A stretch of 64,000 nucleotides of DNA from positions 5,394,001-5,458,000 of the forward strand of contig CP075494.1 in the NCBI GenBank assembly GCA_021613535.1. The letters run 5' to 3'. Below the pieces are notes generated by a model. The model was given only the letters and a program-made list of their open reading frames with translations. It was not told the origin of the DNA and ran no database searches. Shown in pieces: positions 35,608 through 49,203 of the stretch. The stretch's first letter is position 1; every line of letters begins with the position of its first letter. Made by a program: the position numbers and the translations under genes. Source of the stretch: Adineta vaga (taxonomy: Eukaryota > Animalia > Rotifera).

Positions 35608-38600
35608 ATGTTAAGAAATAAAGTTGACTGTAAATATGTAAGTGAATTAAATCGAAATATGTTCTTATAAAACAAGTTTTTATTATTATTATCTCAGAAT
35701 CCTGCACAATATGATGAAGCATTCGAGTCAATTCCAATTTATTGTCGGCAATGTGTTATCTTTTCTCCTGATAGGTAATAATTAACAAAGATTGCTAATT
35801 GCATTAACGATTTACGTGCATTTCAGTCCAAATGATAAATTATGTCATTGTAATCGAATGAAACAGGAACATTCAAAAGAGTATGACTTATCAATTTCGA
35901 ATGAAAAATGGAAATTAGATACACATACAAATAAAATTCCATTGAAACAACAAGGCGTTTCTATTGTCAATGGAGCATCGGTAAAAATACAAAAAACGAA
36001 TGATTTATTTTCTGATTAAATTTATTATTTAGTATGTTCGTTGTGATATTGAAACAGATCCAACACTTATAGAAACGATTCTTCTCGACATCTGGCAAAT
36101 ACCACGGCCAGCACTTCTTATGCAAATTACTGGTGGACATAAATATTTTAAACTACGGGGACATATGCAAGTGACTTTTCTCGATGATTTAGTTAAATTT
36201 GTGAGCAAATCAAGTAAGAATCAATTTTTCACTATTACTTTTTCTACATACTCTTATTTAGATACGTGGTTGTTTACCAATGCAGCAAATGTTGGTATTG
36301 TTCAATTCATTGGACAAACAATTCGTAAAAGAAAATTGACTAAACCACAAGATAAGACAGTTACAATTGGTGTTTGTAATTATGGATGTATCAAGAATTT
36401 AAATGATTTCCAACGCTTAGAACAAAACGAATTCGTCGAAGAAATGCCGACAATAGAAGATCAAAATCTTGTAAATAAAGTGTAAATCATTTCATTGCAT
36501 GATGCTTTTTCTTTTATATAGAAAAATTTTCATCAAGGACGATTTGGTGAACAAAGTGTGGAAATGAATCATACACATTTTATTTTCTTGGATGATGGAA
36601 CACTTCGACGATTTGATATTGGTGATTATCGAACACGTCTAGCAAAAACAATCGCAAATGGACGAGTCAAACAAGTTTTACCATGTATATAGATAGATAT
36701 TCATTTTTCGTTATCTCATTTGTTTTTGCGTTTCTCTTCTAGTACCAATTGTGACGCTGTTATTTGAAGGTGGTGAAGATTCTGTTCGATCAATTTATAA
36801 TGATCTTCGTCGAAATATACCTGTGATTATTATCAATGTAAATCTTTTTTCTAGTTGAATTGTGTATTGTTAGTTATACGTGAGTATTTTTTCTCTTAAG
36901 AATACTGGTCGAATTGCTGATTTTCTTGTTCGATGGTTATCTCGTACACAAGAGATGGATCTTGATGTTAATTGGACAACTGCAATTAATATTGATGATG
37001 AAACAGATACACGAATAGCATTGAATGGAACTTTTAAAAGAAGAGATTCAATAACTCCCATGCCATCGGATAATTCTCATCGATCGAATCGAAATCGGTA
37101 TGAAATAATTAAGTTTATTTTTTGATTTTTGAATCTGAATTTTTTTTAGATTATTACATAAATTTGATAAATATATTAGTACAATGACAGATGAATTAGT
37201 TCAAGCAGTAAATGGAATCGATCGTGATCGTTCAACCAAAGTAATTAAATCAGATGGTTTGAAAAAAGTCAATATGGATATTCTTCTCATGATTCTCTAT
37301 TGTCTTCAACCGACTGTACGTGGAAAAATTAGTGTTTTTAATTTCAATAAAGGTGAAAAATTATCTGAAACAATTCTTCGAAGTATTTGTAAATGTAAGT
37401 CTTTTTCATTTCTTCGATAGTTTAACACTTTTTATTCGTATTTGTAGCGGTTTTAATTAAAGTTCACATGAAGAAACTTAATACGAATAGAGCCGATCAA
37501 TTTGTTCCATATTTAGATTATTTATTAGAATTAGCATTAGATTGGGATTGTATAAATACAGCCAAAGAATGGATTGTTCAAGATTCTTTAGATAATATTT
37601 ATGATAAGAAATCGATTTTTTCTCGAGCATTGATCAAACAACGACATCGATTTATTCATTATTTTATTCAATTAGGTTTTGAAATTGATGAACTATTCTT
37701 TCATCCCAAATCGAATCCATTTGCAGCAAGAAATAATAATAAAGAAAATAAACGTTACAAGGAATTTATATCTTTATTATATACAGAAGAAGCAATTGTA
37801 TGTGTATTCAAATATTTGATTCATTCATATATTCGTTTTTATTGTTTCGTTTAGAATCGTGAAGATTGGTTATTACGAAATGCAGTTAAAACAACCAATG
37901 ATCACAATCGAAAAGTCATTTCATCAACAGATGATTTAAATCGATTATTTCAATCGGTAATTGGTGGTTATATGAAAGCTATTTATTATGATTCTCAAAT
38001 TGAAGAACAAGAAGATCGTATGGGTGTAAAACGCTTTACTAATATTATATCACCAATACATGATATTGAACAAGGACAACTGATTGGTACAGATGCCGGC
38101 TATAAACAATTAGCAAAAGATTATATTATTCGTGATTTATTTCTTTGGTCGATTGTAATGAATTATATGGATTTAGCTAAAGTCTTTCTTGCACATATGA
38201 AAGATCGAATATGTGGCTCTTTAATTGCTACAGAAATTCTTTCACATTTACGTGATACTTCATCGGATGCTGTTTATGGTGATAAGAAAATTGTTCTAAC
38301 ACGTTGGATAAACTATTTCGAACAATATGCAATTAATTGTATGGATTTATGTTTTAAAAATGATCCGAATATGGCACAAATCTTAGCAATACAACGTGTA
38401 GAAATGTTTGGAGATGTCACTTGTTTACAAGTGAGATTGAGATGTGTGGAATGATTGCGTTTGAACTATTTCTTGTTTTGTTGATATATAGGTTGCAGAT
38501 GATGCAAATAGTAAACGTTTTGCTTCACATCCATGTTGTCGACAAGCGGAAAATAGTATTTGGTATGATAAATTACATTCTGATCAATTTCATTTGCGAT

Positions 38601-40640
38601 ATTATATTGGACAATTAATTGGTACGTGGACTTTAGGTTTATTAGCACCAATTTTTACACGTTTTCGTACTGTACATCAAGTAAGAAAGAAAGAGTTTCG
38701 ATTTTCCTTTTTCTAACATCGAGTTTTGTTTTATTATGTAAATAGACTCCACTACCAACTGAACCAACGTAAGTAAAATGAAGATAATTGTTTGATAAGT
38801 CTTTTTTCAATTATTTAGTTTACAGCCTTATGGTATTAATTATTGTGATCCATATGCTATCAATCATTTCGAAGGAAAAATCAAAAAAACATGCTATCAA
38901 ATCTGGCAATTTCATCAATCTTTGCATATTAAATTTACTTATCATCATGTACATTTGATCTTTCAATAATTTTATCACTTATCTTTAGAAAAAATATTCT
39001 CTACTTTTTAGGTTCAATATATGACTTTCCTTTTCCTCTTCAGTTATGTTCTCTTATTTCATTTCGATCCAATTAGAGATGATCATCCCAAGATACATTC
39101 AACCGAAATTATTGTCATTATAGCTGTAACATGCATGTTAATCGAAGAAATTCGTATTGTAATTTAAATTAAAATATTGATATCAAATTCAAGTTTCTCT
39201 TTGTTTAGTTCTTCAATCAAGATAGTCTTTCATTTTTTGGCAAATGTTACAGTTATTTTCGTTATTTTTTCAAGCAACTATGCATGATTTCATTTGTTTT
39301 ATTTTATACGGGTTTAATCTTACGATTCGTTGCTAATGGTAATTCCGTGACTTTTCAAACAGCCAGGTAAATTTGTTTGTTGTGGACAAAAAGAAACGAA
39401 TCCATGAGTTTCATAGAATTATCATGGGATATGATCTATGGCTTTGGTGGATGAGATCACTTCAATTTATTATTGTTAATCCATACCTTGGACCACATTT
39501 AGTATCGATTGGAAAGATGGTAAGAATGAATATTGAGATCAACATGTCTGAACTATCCTTTTTTTTGTTTCAGTTGAAAAATTTATCATTTTTTGCAATT
39601 TTAATTGCAATTGTGATGACTGCGTATGGTGTTGCTTCGAGATCAATGGCTTTCTATGGTACATTTGAATTCAATGGTCGAGAAATACTTCGTTCGGTTC
39701 TTTATCCTGTTTATTATTTACTTTATACGAATTTATCGGGCGAATTAAATGGATTAGATGGTATATTGATACGAGTATATTGATAATTGATTGATAAGTT
39801 TTGATTTTAGAATCCACATTCATTATTTTGAGTATTGCAACGCACTGTTTACTCGCTTTTCATATGCTTTTAATCAATGTGCTTCTCGTTAATTTATTAA
39901 TTGCTATGTTTAAGTAAGTATAATATATCATTTTATGCGATTTCAATATTCCATATATGAATGAATCAATACTATTTTAGTAAGAGTTTTCAAGATGTAC
40001 AATCAATTCAATCGGATATTTGGAATTATCAACAATATGCAGTTGTTCGTGAATATTATGACCGACCACCGTTATTTCTTCCCTTTAGTACGATCTTTGA
40101 TATTATTGCAATCGTAAAAATGTTTTATCATTGGTATCTTCGAGTACGATATAACTATGCGAATCCATTACAACGTGTTTTTAGTAAGATTTGATAGCGA
40201 ATCACTGTATATAGTATAAGCTTACTCGTTGTAGAAGTCATTGCTGTTCGGCCAGAATTGGAACTTGCATGGCAAGAATTTGAAAGTGCATCAACTTATG
40301 CTTATGCACAACGTGAAGCACTAGCAATGAATGATCGGTTGAAAAGAAATAGATAGAAAGAAGATTATATATAATGTTTTATTTTCTTTATTTTCAGAAC
40401 GGTTATACACAATAACTCGACTTCGAGAGATTCTAATACAAATGGAGATAGATGTGATAGTATTGTTCGACGAGATCATACTTCAGTTGTACAATTACGG
40501 AATGAATTTAAAGCAGCAATTAGAGATGTTCGAAATGATGTAAGTATCAAGAGAGAAAATGATTTTTTGTTTTATGAAATAATTATGATTTTCTTTCTCT
40601 TGAAAATTTTCAGATTCGTCTAATTGTTAAACATAAATGA
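35608..40640 (+). CDS. TRPM-like cation channel (SLOG/MHR N-terminus, six TM, TRP box, no C-terminal enzyme domain), multi-exon
   Basis: Motifs W...HT, LLMQITGG, EMNHTHFIFLDDG, LFEGG, DLFLWSIVMN, YLGPHLVSIGKM, LLVNLLIAMF and IWNYQQY, with a short coiled-coil tail. Confidence 0.88.
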
Positions 40641-40757
40641 TATACTATTATTGAAAAAGAACTGGATATTGCTTCAGGCATTTTACTCTGTTTTAATTGA
40701 TTTACAAAGAATGAAATTAATTTATTTCAATAAGAACAGAAGAATAAATATTGAGCT

Positions 40758-42169
40758 TTATAAAACTGTTTTTCTATTTTTCTTTTCAATCCATGAAAGT
40801 GGAACGATTGCTACAGAAATTCGATCTGCAAATGTATCTTCACCATTTTCTAAAACTAATGCAATATTATCTCCGTTACTCAGAATTGCAATATCAGAAT
40901 AGGAACTAAGTCCAGAGAATAGTATACGAGAAACAGGCCAAGTATGTCCTTCATCGTATGAAAGTAGAAGCGTAAAATTCGAACGTACAGTAGAATTAGC
41001 TGGACCACTGAAAAGAATACGACTAGGAGTATTGGATATCCGAGCGATTGAACAAACGACACCGGTCCATGATTTTGTCACTGGTTCTATGAGTGATGAA
41101 TCAATACCGAACTCTGTAAATTGATTTGCACCATCGATAGAACGTGCAAAAAATCGATGCCCAGGCATTGGTGAAAAATTTCTTCCATTTAAATAGATAT
41201 GTGAAGAACTACTATTTGTATTGATCGTTTGTACAAGTTGTGATTCACGAGTATATTGTTGAGCAATTCCAGAAAAAGTCCATGTTCGATTTTGATTTCT
41301 CTTCGGTATCTCACTTTTTAATACACATGCATAACAACTAGGACATGAACCATTATCTCCAGAATGACCTGATCCATTAGAACAAACAAATGGCATCTAG
41401 AATAGAAGTATTGGATATTGCGAAGAAAACTATTTCAACGTTCACGTTTATTTACTAATAATGTTCCAGTATCAGAACAATTTCCATTTCCACATAACGT
41501 ACCAATAATCTTCAAATATAGATTATATACTAGCTTAGAAATACTCAAAGTATCACACCTCAATTCCGTGACCCACGGCGGGTTTCGTTGCTTTGCTAAA
41601 TGGTGGAGGAGGAAATACATTCAAAGGTATTGGTTCTGACCATGTTATACCCTATATGAAAATTAGTAGATTACGGGTAAAAGAACGAAAACATACTTCA
41701 TTGACTGATGTAAAGATGAGGGTTGATGTTGATGTTTGTAACATTAGATAAATCGTATTTGAAATACTATCCCAAACTACGGTATAGAAATCGATATTTC
41801 CTGAAAATACGGTCTGAGCAGGAAGCCAAGTTGAACCACTATCTTCTGAACGACGCATTTCTAAACCACCATCTTCATTCGATCTTTTGTATTTTTCTCT
41901 ACCATTTTCTAAAGGTGGCGCACAACTAGTCACAAGTCGACCTTCAGCAAATACGATTAGATGTGTTCTTTGTGCATTAGTACTTAGTAGAGCCGGCTAC
42001 AAATATATTCTCCAATGACAAAAAAGAATAAGAATTAAGGTTCTAGACAACTGACTTGGCGATAACATGGATATTTACCATCATGAGGTTTGAAAACAGT
42101 CGAAAATTGTGGCTCTGCTGTTCTCGTTACAGAGATGTACGATATTATCATAAAAATAACGAGCAACAT
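40758..42169 (-). CDS. Secreted sialidase-like glycoside hydrolase (GH33, Asp-box beta-propeller), five exons
   Basis: Signal peptide; YRQP (RIP-motif equivalent, split by intron 42055-41997); AEGR; Asp-boxes SEDSGSTW, SIDGANQF and SYDEGHTW; RES, LNGR, RSNFTL and SYSDI. Confidence 0.85.
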
Positions 42170-43263
42170 ATCTCTTTAGAAGAAAACGAGGGAGAATAAG
42201 CAGGTATGTTGTATCACTTTTGTTATTCTTATTTTTCGTTTATCAATTGGTAACAATATTTTTATCAAAACGTGTAAAAGTAAATATATTCCACTGATAA
42301 ACAAGAGAATAAAAAATAGAAGAAGTAATTACTATTGACTGTTGTAATATACAATTTTTCTCTTCATATATTTACATTAAATTGAACGCTGAAGGATTGA
42401 AATGCTTTCACAAGATTGATCGATATATCTATTGTTTTCTTCTCATCTGTATGCGCTATAAATGCCTCTTTAGGCAAAATTTAGAAAAATAATTGATTTC
42501 ATAGACATGTTCTTTCATTATACCATTGTCGATATTATTCTTAAATTTAAACAGCGGTCATCTGTATAAATGACAAGAATTTTTATAGTATAGCACCATT
42601 TATACAGAATAATCACGATAATCCATGGATAATCGAACAAACTGATGAATCAAATCATTTGTCAAGTCAATATCAATAGCCAGCATCATCGTCAACTATT
42701 TTCGAACAAAGAAAGTAAGGCGAACATCATAATACAGATGTCTGTTGAGTAGATGTCATCATAACTTATTTTGAAAGAATTAATTCGAAAACAACATCAG
42801 TAACTTCAGCTGGTGCATTATTTGAAAAGTAAGTTAGAATCAAAGTATGTGATGAAACAATAATGATATCAATTTTTTCTTTCAAGTATTAATTGTTGCT
42901 GTTCATCAAGTGTATTTTCGATACTATTTTTTGCGATTATTATTATCCCTACAGCTTGTACAGCAATTGGTATTACTACATTAGTGGTATTTGGTAGTGC
43001 TAGTAAATATAAAATTCAAGATTTTGAAGAACGAGTGATTTTTCAATAGAATCTGAATGAAATCTATCGTTATTTACTATGTGTCTTTCAGCCAATAGAA
43101 GCAACGACAATAGATACGTAGGATATATAGAAAAGAAAACAAGACCATCTTTTCTTGATCTATATTATTATATCAAACAGATTTTTTATGCTTTTAAAGC
43201 AATGCATTTGATCGATACAATAGTACATAATATCAGTACATAGTTACATAACGCCGTAGGATG

Positions 43264-43872
43264 TTAATCTATTTGTTTCAAATTTTTAATAGTTATTTTC
43301 TGTCCTTGCGATAAAAGGCAAACAGCTGGTATAGCAACAGCACCTGTATGAGGTAGTTGTATGGTCGTTGTTCGAATACCATCTATAATAAATGTGAAGT
43401 TGCCTTTTTCCTTTTTCGGAAGATCAAGTTCTAATGCAATAACTCCACTATTTTCATGAAATTTTGGTAGATTGCCTTGGATCGAATTCGTTCCATTAAC
43501 AACATCACCAGTAGATGGATCGTACGACCATGCAGTAGTTGATGCGCCTAAATAACCAAAAAAGCCCCAATCAGGGCCAAGATTCCAATCTAATAAGAAA
43601 CCGACACCAATTTGTCCTGTTTCCATCGCTTCAACATGAAATTCCAACGACCATTTTCCTGAATGTAATTTCGCTTTGGTTTGGACAGGAATCCAACTTG
43701 CTGTATATGGCTTTACCCATTCTACTGTACAATCGTTATCACCAAATACAATCCCTGACTTCGTTGCTCGAATTGTATCAAATTGAAATTCACCAAAGCT
43801 TTGAGATTCTTCTAATGAAAATGTGGAAGAATCTATAAGATATGGTTTTTGTGACGTTTGTTTATTAGTCAT
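43264..43872 (-). CDS. Stand-alone SPRY/B30.2-like beta-sandwich protein, intronless
   Basis: LHSGKWSLEFHV...QIGVGF...YLGASTTAWSYD...GVIALELDL...FIIDG...IPAVCL follows the SPRY strand pattern. Confidence 0.7.
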   Translation of the reverse strand: MTNKQTSQKPYLIDSSTFSLEESQSFGEFQFDTIRATKSGIVFGDNDCTVEWVKPYTASWIPVQTKAKLHSGKWSLEFHVEAMETGQIGVGFLLDWNLGPDWGFFGYLGASTTAWSYDPSTGDVVNGTNSIQGNLPKFHENSGVIALELDLPKKEKGNFTFIIDGIRTTTIQLPHTGAVAIPAVCLLSQGQKITIKNLKQID

Positions 43873-44404
43873 AGTTATACTATTAAAAAAACGAATTGTA
43901 ATGTTTTAATCGGAAAAATGGATGACGATTGATAAAAATAAAGACAAAAACTAGTTTTTAAATAGGATGCTTACAACACGATGATAAAATTTCAATGCAC
44001 GTCATTGTCATATCGATGCAAATCATATATAATCGAATCTGTCTTGTATGTAGATTCTTTACTGACGAATAGTAATAGAAAAAGAAAACAATATTGTTGT
44101 AGAGGGTGTAAGACACACAGGTAACATTATTTGACGATGCCTTTTGTTTCAGTTAAGTTTATGATTTCAATTTTATCGATTATTTGTCAGATATTCAAAA
44201 TAGTATTTCATTCATCTTGAGGGTGGGTGTGAATGATAAATTCGTTCAAACGAATGAAATGTATTCACCTATACTCTTACTTTAAAATTCTCATGAATAA
44301 ATTTATTTCCAAATGGCAGAAAAAGTATTGAAAAGAAAATGAAAAAACAAATCATGTATAGAATGCGTTCTTTTAGATGATGCTGGAAAATGAAGTCAAC
44401 TATT

Positions 44405-44893
44405 TTATTGACGAGGTTGATTCATATATGGACCAGCTGCTGCAATATGTCCACTCGGTAGATTTCCTATTAATAAAAATCTTTGTAATATTATTTCGTA
44501 AATATTTTTATACCTTGACGTTCAAGAAAACGTGCTTCTTGACAAAGTGCGCATTCTCCACAGAAAAACGTTGTGAGACAATCACCACAACTTGGATCCT
44601 CTCGTAGACCATATTTTTCTCGAAGAGTTTTCCGTTTCAGGCAATGGGGTACCCAACACAAGTAGCACGGAATAAGAATCGTGTATAGAAAACATTGACA
44701 ACAACAACTACTTCCATCAATCTTTTCAGCATTTTGACCGTACAAACATGGTGCACAACACCAACCACAAAGGCATGTACCAAAGTCATCGAAACAACCA
44801 AATAATGATTCTAAAAAAGCAGAAAAATGAATGTTGATCATAGTATTTCTTTCAAAATTCAAAGCATTAGTTACCATTCCATTCCCGAGACAT
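44405..44893 (-). CDS. PLAC8/cornifelin family Cys-rich protein, three exons
   Basis: MSREWN|ESLFGCFDD...CCAPCLYG...LREKYGL...CALCQEAR; the last exon ends MNQPRQ*. Confidence 0.9.
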
Positions 44894-46168
44894 TTTGTAA
44901 ATTTCACTGATGAAATTATATAAACAGCCTTTGTCTGAATAGCACTTTTATGAAAATGGAAGAATGTATGAAATGAAGAAAAAAAAGTTGGTAAGGATAG
45001 AGAATAAAATTATTTTGCCCGACTATTCTTCATCTGCCTTTTTGTTTGCATAGAAATGATGCTTTCGTTCTGTAGGAAGTGTGCAACAAAATTAATGCAT
45101 AGGTAAACAGTTACAATGGGAATTTTTTTACACATAATAGTGAATTTGACAAAGAAATTCAATCTTTAGTTAAAATTTCTCACAACAAAAACGGTCCTCA
45201 GATCGATCATTATGAAAAGGACTGATAAGTAAAAGCTAGAAAATACAGATAGTTTCCATATCTATTAAGAATAATTAATCTTATATGAGAAAAAAAAACC
45301 TTTTCATGATTTCTTGGATTATTGAGTATGGATTTTGTTGACGACGAAATATTGTTTGTATAAATATACGCATTCTTTCCACCATACAAAAACCTGCTAA
45401 GTCATCGACTATTGAAGTGAATAATTCATTTCAAGATTTTACTATGGATTTTGTCATCGCTAAAATTCAAGTAAAAATGAATTATTTGAATGGAAAGAAA
45501 TAATATTTGAATGCTATAAATAGAGTTTCTAATAATATTTCTATATTGATAGAAAAAATGACGATCATTTCGACCATATTCGACGAATGTGTACGATATT
45601 GTAAGCTTGAAACGATGTTGATTAATGTATGAAGTATTCTATTGTATGTGTGTTATATGTATATTCATATTGAGTGTATCTATAATGTGTATGTGAAGAA
45701 ATGTATTTTTAAACTAGAAATGATTCTCAGTCATGTCATCCCAGTATTTTCTTACTATAAATGTATCAGTTACATTCTGAATTGAGATGATTTCTACATA
45801 TGGAGTAATCTTTTTGAAATGCTTATTTATTTAATTATCCCAAGTCAGATAGTATAGATAGCTTTCATTCTATTCGAAAGTAGCTTGTCTTATATTCGTC
45901 AATTGCACATAACAAATTACAACTCAACACATATCAACTCACAATTCCTATCAAATATTTGTCCAGCAACAGTATCACTAATTTCTATATGTTGCCTTAC
46001 AAAAACGAAAAAGATATTTAACATGGATGAAGAATATTTCATCGTTGCTCTTATCGTACGCAAACGATGTTATTGATGACGAAATAGTCCTTTTTATTCT
46101 CAACAATGTGTTTAACGACAACAACGATAGTTTGTCATATGAATTGAATATTAGAGTCCTATGTTAAT

Positions 46169-46856
46169 ATGACTTTGTTCATTATCTGTATTCTGTATTG
46201 GAAATTATTTCGTCCACAAAAATTCTTCTACGATAAATATCATCAACAAAACGTACCTTGTGAACCTTTCACACTATTGATTGGACAATTGTTTGACATA
46301 CGTCGTGCAGCTGAACACGGTGCTATCGGTTAAATCGATCAAAAAGCTTATGATCGTATGATGATATTCTTGATCTTCTTCTTTCTGCTGTTGATACACA
46401 AGGAGATTCTCTTAGTGCAGAAGAAATTAAAGATCAAGCATTAACATTGTTTCTTACTGGTCATGAAACAACAAGTAATTTAATGACATGGATCATATAT
46501 GTATTAATGAGCAATGCACAACTGTTACAAATTTGTCGAGAAGAAGTTGATCGAGTACTTCCAAATGGTATTCAACCTACCTACGAACATATGAATTCAA
46601 TTATACTCTTTGGATTCGAGAGCCTATTACTAGTCTTAAACCAAAATTAATTCATCCTTTCTATTATCTACCCTTTGGTGCTGGATCACGTACTTGTATT
46701 GGTCAAAATTTTGCATTACTCGAAGCGAAAGTTATTCTAGCAATGTTATTACAACGATGTAATTTTGAATTAGAACCTGGTCAGAAAATACTACCTGAAT
46801 CTCGACTTACTCTAAGACCTAAATATGGTCTACATGCTAAAGTGACTAAACGTTAA
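46169..46856 (+). pseudogene. Cytochrome P450 pseudogene with two large internal deletions
   Basis: The N-terminal anchor (MTLFIICILYWKLFRPQK...EPF) jumps to the I-helix (FLTGHETT), then to the haem loop PFGAGSRTCIG and C-terminus LRPKYG...KR*. ExxR is missing and the total length is under 700 nt. Confidence 0.88.
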
Positions 46857-47019
46857 AAAAAATATCAAATTTTTCTTTTCTTTTCTGAAATAAACATGTG
46901 TCATGATGATAGATAGTCCATATTCTTTTAAAACGAAGACCATGTGACGAAAGGAGAGATAAAATATTCAAAGCAGATAAGAAAAAGTATTCTTCTTACT
47001 TTATTCTTATTCGATTAAA

Positions 47020-47820
47020 ATGATGAAGTTAGACTATCTATTGTTCATTGTCGTTTCACTTGTTATTGTAAGTGATTTCGTTCATAGTTATCCAGCTACT
47101 TATTGTATTCGATTCGATACAGATGTCAAAGGTGCTAGCAATCCTATTATTATAAATATTACACAAAAATGGGCTCCTATTGGTGCTAATCATCTCTTTG
47201 AAGTAATCAGTTCGAAATTTTATGCTGTACCTTCGGCTTTCTTTCGTGTTGTTCCTAAATTTGTTGTACAATTTGGAATTAGTGGTGATCCACAACAAAA
47301 TATCATTTGGAATAAACCAATTGTAGATGGTAAGGAAAAATGTTTTTAATAATGTTGGATTGAAAAGAGGATTTTTCTTCTTCTTTGAATAGATCCAGTA
47401 CTAATGTCGAATACTGTTGGTACTTTATCGTATGCAACGGCTGGTCCTAATACGCGTACCACTCAGCTATTTATTAATTATGTTAATAATAGTCGTTTGG
47501 ATTCATTAGGTTTTGCACCTTTAGGTATATATGTAATATTGATCGAAATTAAGATAGTTTCAATGTCTTTTTCTAGGCATTGTTACAACTGGTTTAGATA
47601 CAGCAAATGGAATTTTTAATCCTACACCAGGTAAAACATCGAATTCTGTAAGGTTAACTTCGTTCATTTTTTTCTGTGTAAAATAGGTGATCCAAATGGT
47701 GTTGATCAAGATAAATATTCAACACAAGGCAATGCATGGATTCGAATCAATTATCCTCAGATTAATTTCATAACTAAAGCATCAATCACTTACGATTGTC
47801 CTGTACCTTCCAATTATTAG
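47020..47820 (+). CDS. Secreted cyclophilin-type peptidyl-prolyl isomerase, four exons
   Basis: Signal peptide; motifs [42 protein letters not shown] and [10 protein letters not shown]; ends PVPSNY* at 47820. Confidence 0.88.
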
Positions 47821-48062
47821 TAATTCGATTCCATACATTTGATTATAAACAGATGTATCTTTTTCGGTAATTCTATGTTCATGTTGGAGAAAATCATTTA
47901 TTTCACAATATAAATAAATACAATGGATAGATCATTCTTAGATGTACTTTTCTTTTCGTATGATATTTTGAAAGAATGATCGATCTTTTAGTTAGTTAAA
48001 CAGTACGAAAAAAAATGTATTAATCTGGTAAAATGAACATCGTTTGAATAAAAAAGATGAGT

Positions 48063-49203
48063 TTATTTTTCACTACGAAGATGCGTCCATTCTTCACTCA
48101 AATTCCATAATCGTTTGGCCTTTTCTACATCATATGATTCTTCACTTGATCGAGTTTCTTTCATATCCGACATAAATATTCCATTTCTACCATCAAGAGT
48201 ATCAGATATTGCTGCAAATACTTCACATTCACTACCAAAATCTTCCGTTCTAAATTACAAATAATACTTCATAAAATATCTTAGTTTATTTAATAACACT
48301 CACCGTGCAAATGGAAATAACGATAAAATATACGACATGAAAAATCTTTGAAAGATATTTGCATCTCTACTCAAACTTGTCGTAGGAACAAAACCCTAAA
48401 GAAGAAAAGAGAATTAGATTATTTTTTAGAAAACTTATGCGAAGTACGCAATGCTTCTTACTGGACAAAGAACATGAACAGAAACACCTGTATTTTCTAA
48501 TCTTCGTGCTAATTCATATGCAAACCAAACATTAGCTAATTTAGAAGTTTTGTAAGCATTCATTCCATCATAATTGATTTCATTGTTGATTTCTTCAAGA
48601 TTCCATTTAAAACTAACGGGAGTGCCATGTCTTACATTTGGATCATGAAGTTTTGATGAAATAACAATTACTCGCGAAGGAGATGCACGTTTCAAATCAT
48701 CCAATAACAAATTTGTTAGTAAAACTAAACAAAGAATTCAACATTATTACTAACAGTTTCTTTTCTTTTTTGAGTATACTTCATATCTTACAATGTCCGA
48801 GATGATTTATTGCCATAGTAGATTCGATTCCATCGTCAGATTTCTTGAAAGCTTTAGAGAAAACTCCGGCATTATTAATCAACAAATTCAATGGTAAATT
48901 TTTCTGATGGAAATCATCGACAAATCTAAAACAAAAAATTTCATCAAGTGACTGAGATATATAAAAGTAAGAGGAGATAAATATCTACCGTCGAATAGAA
49001 TCAAATGAACCAAGATCTAATTTCATAAATTCAAAATTTGATCTTCCTGATTCTTCTTTGAATTTTTCAAGTAATGGTATTGTTTTAGCTTCATCACGAC
49101 ATGCAAAAATTACATAGAAATCTTTCGCTACTAATTTTTTCGCTGCAAGAAGTCCAAGACCTGAACTTGAACCAGTTATAATGCATATTTTTCTTGTCGA
49201 CAT
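48063..49203 (-). CDS. Short-chain dehydrogenase/reductase (retinol dehydrogenase/WWOX-like), multi-exon
   Basis: Motifs TGSSSGLG, LINNAG, NHLGH and YKTSK (YxxxK), with C-terminal AKRLWNLSEEW. Confidence 0.92.

Noticed and set aside
42600-43120. Remnant of a type II membrane protein gene (CCCSSSVFSILFFAIIIIP...)
   Set aside because: Splice-like sites and a TM segment are visible, but no intact model or family could be built.
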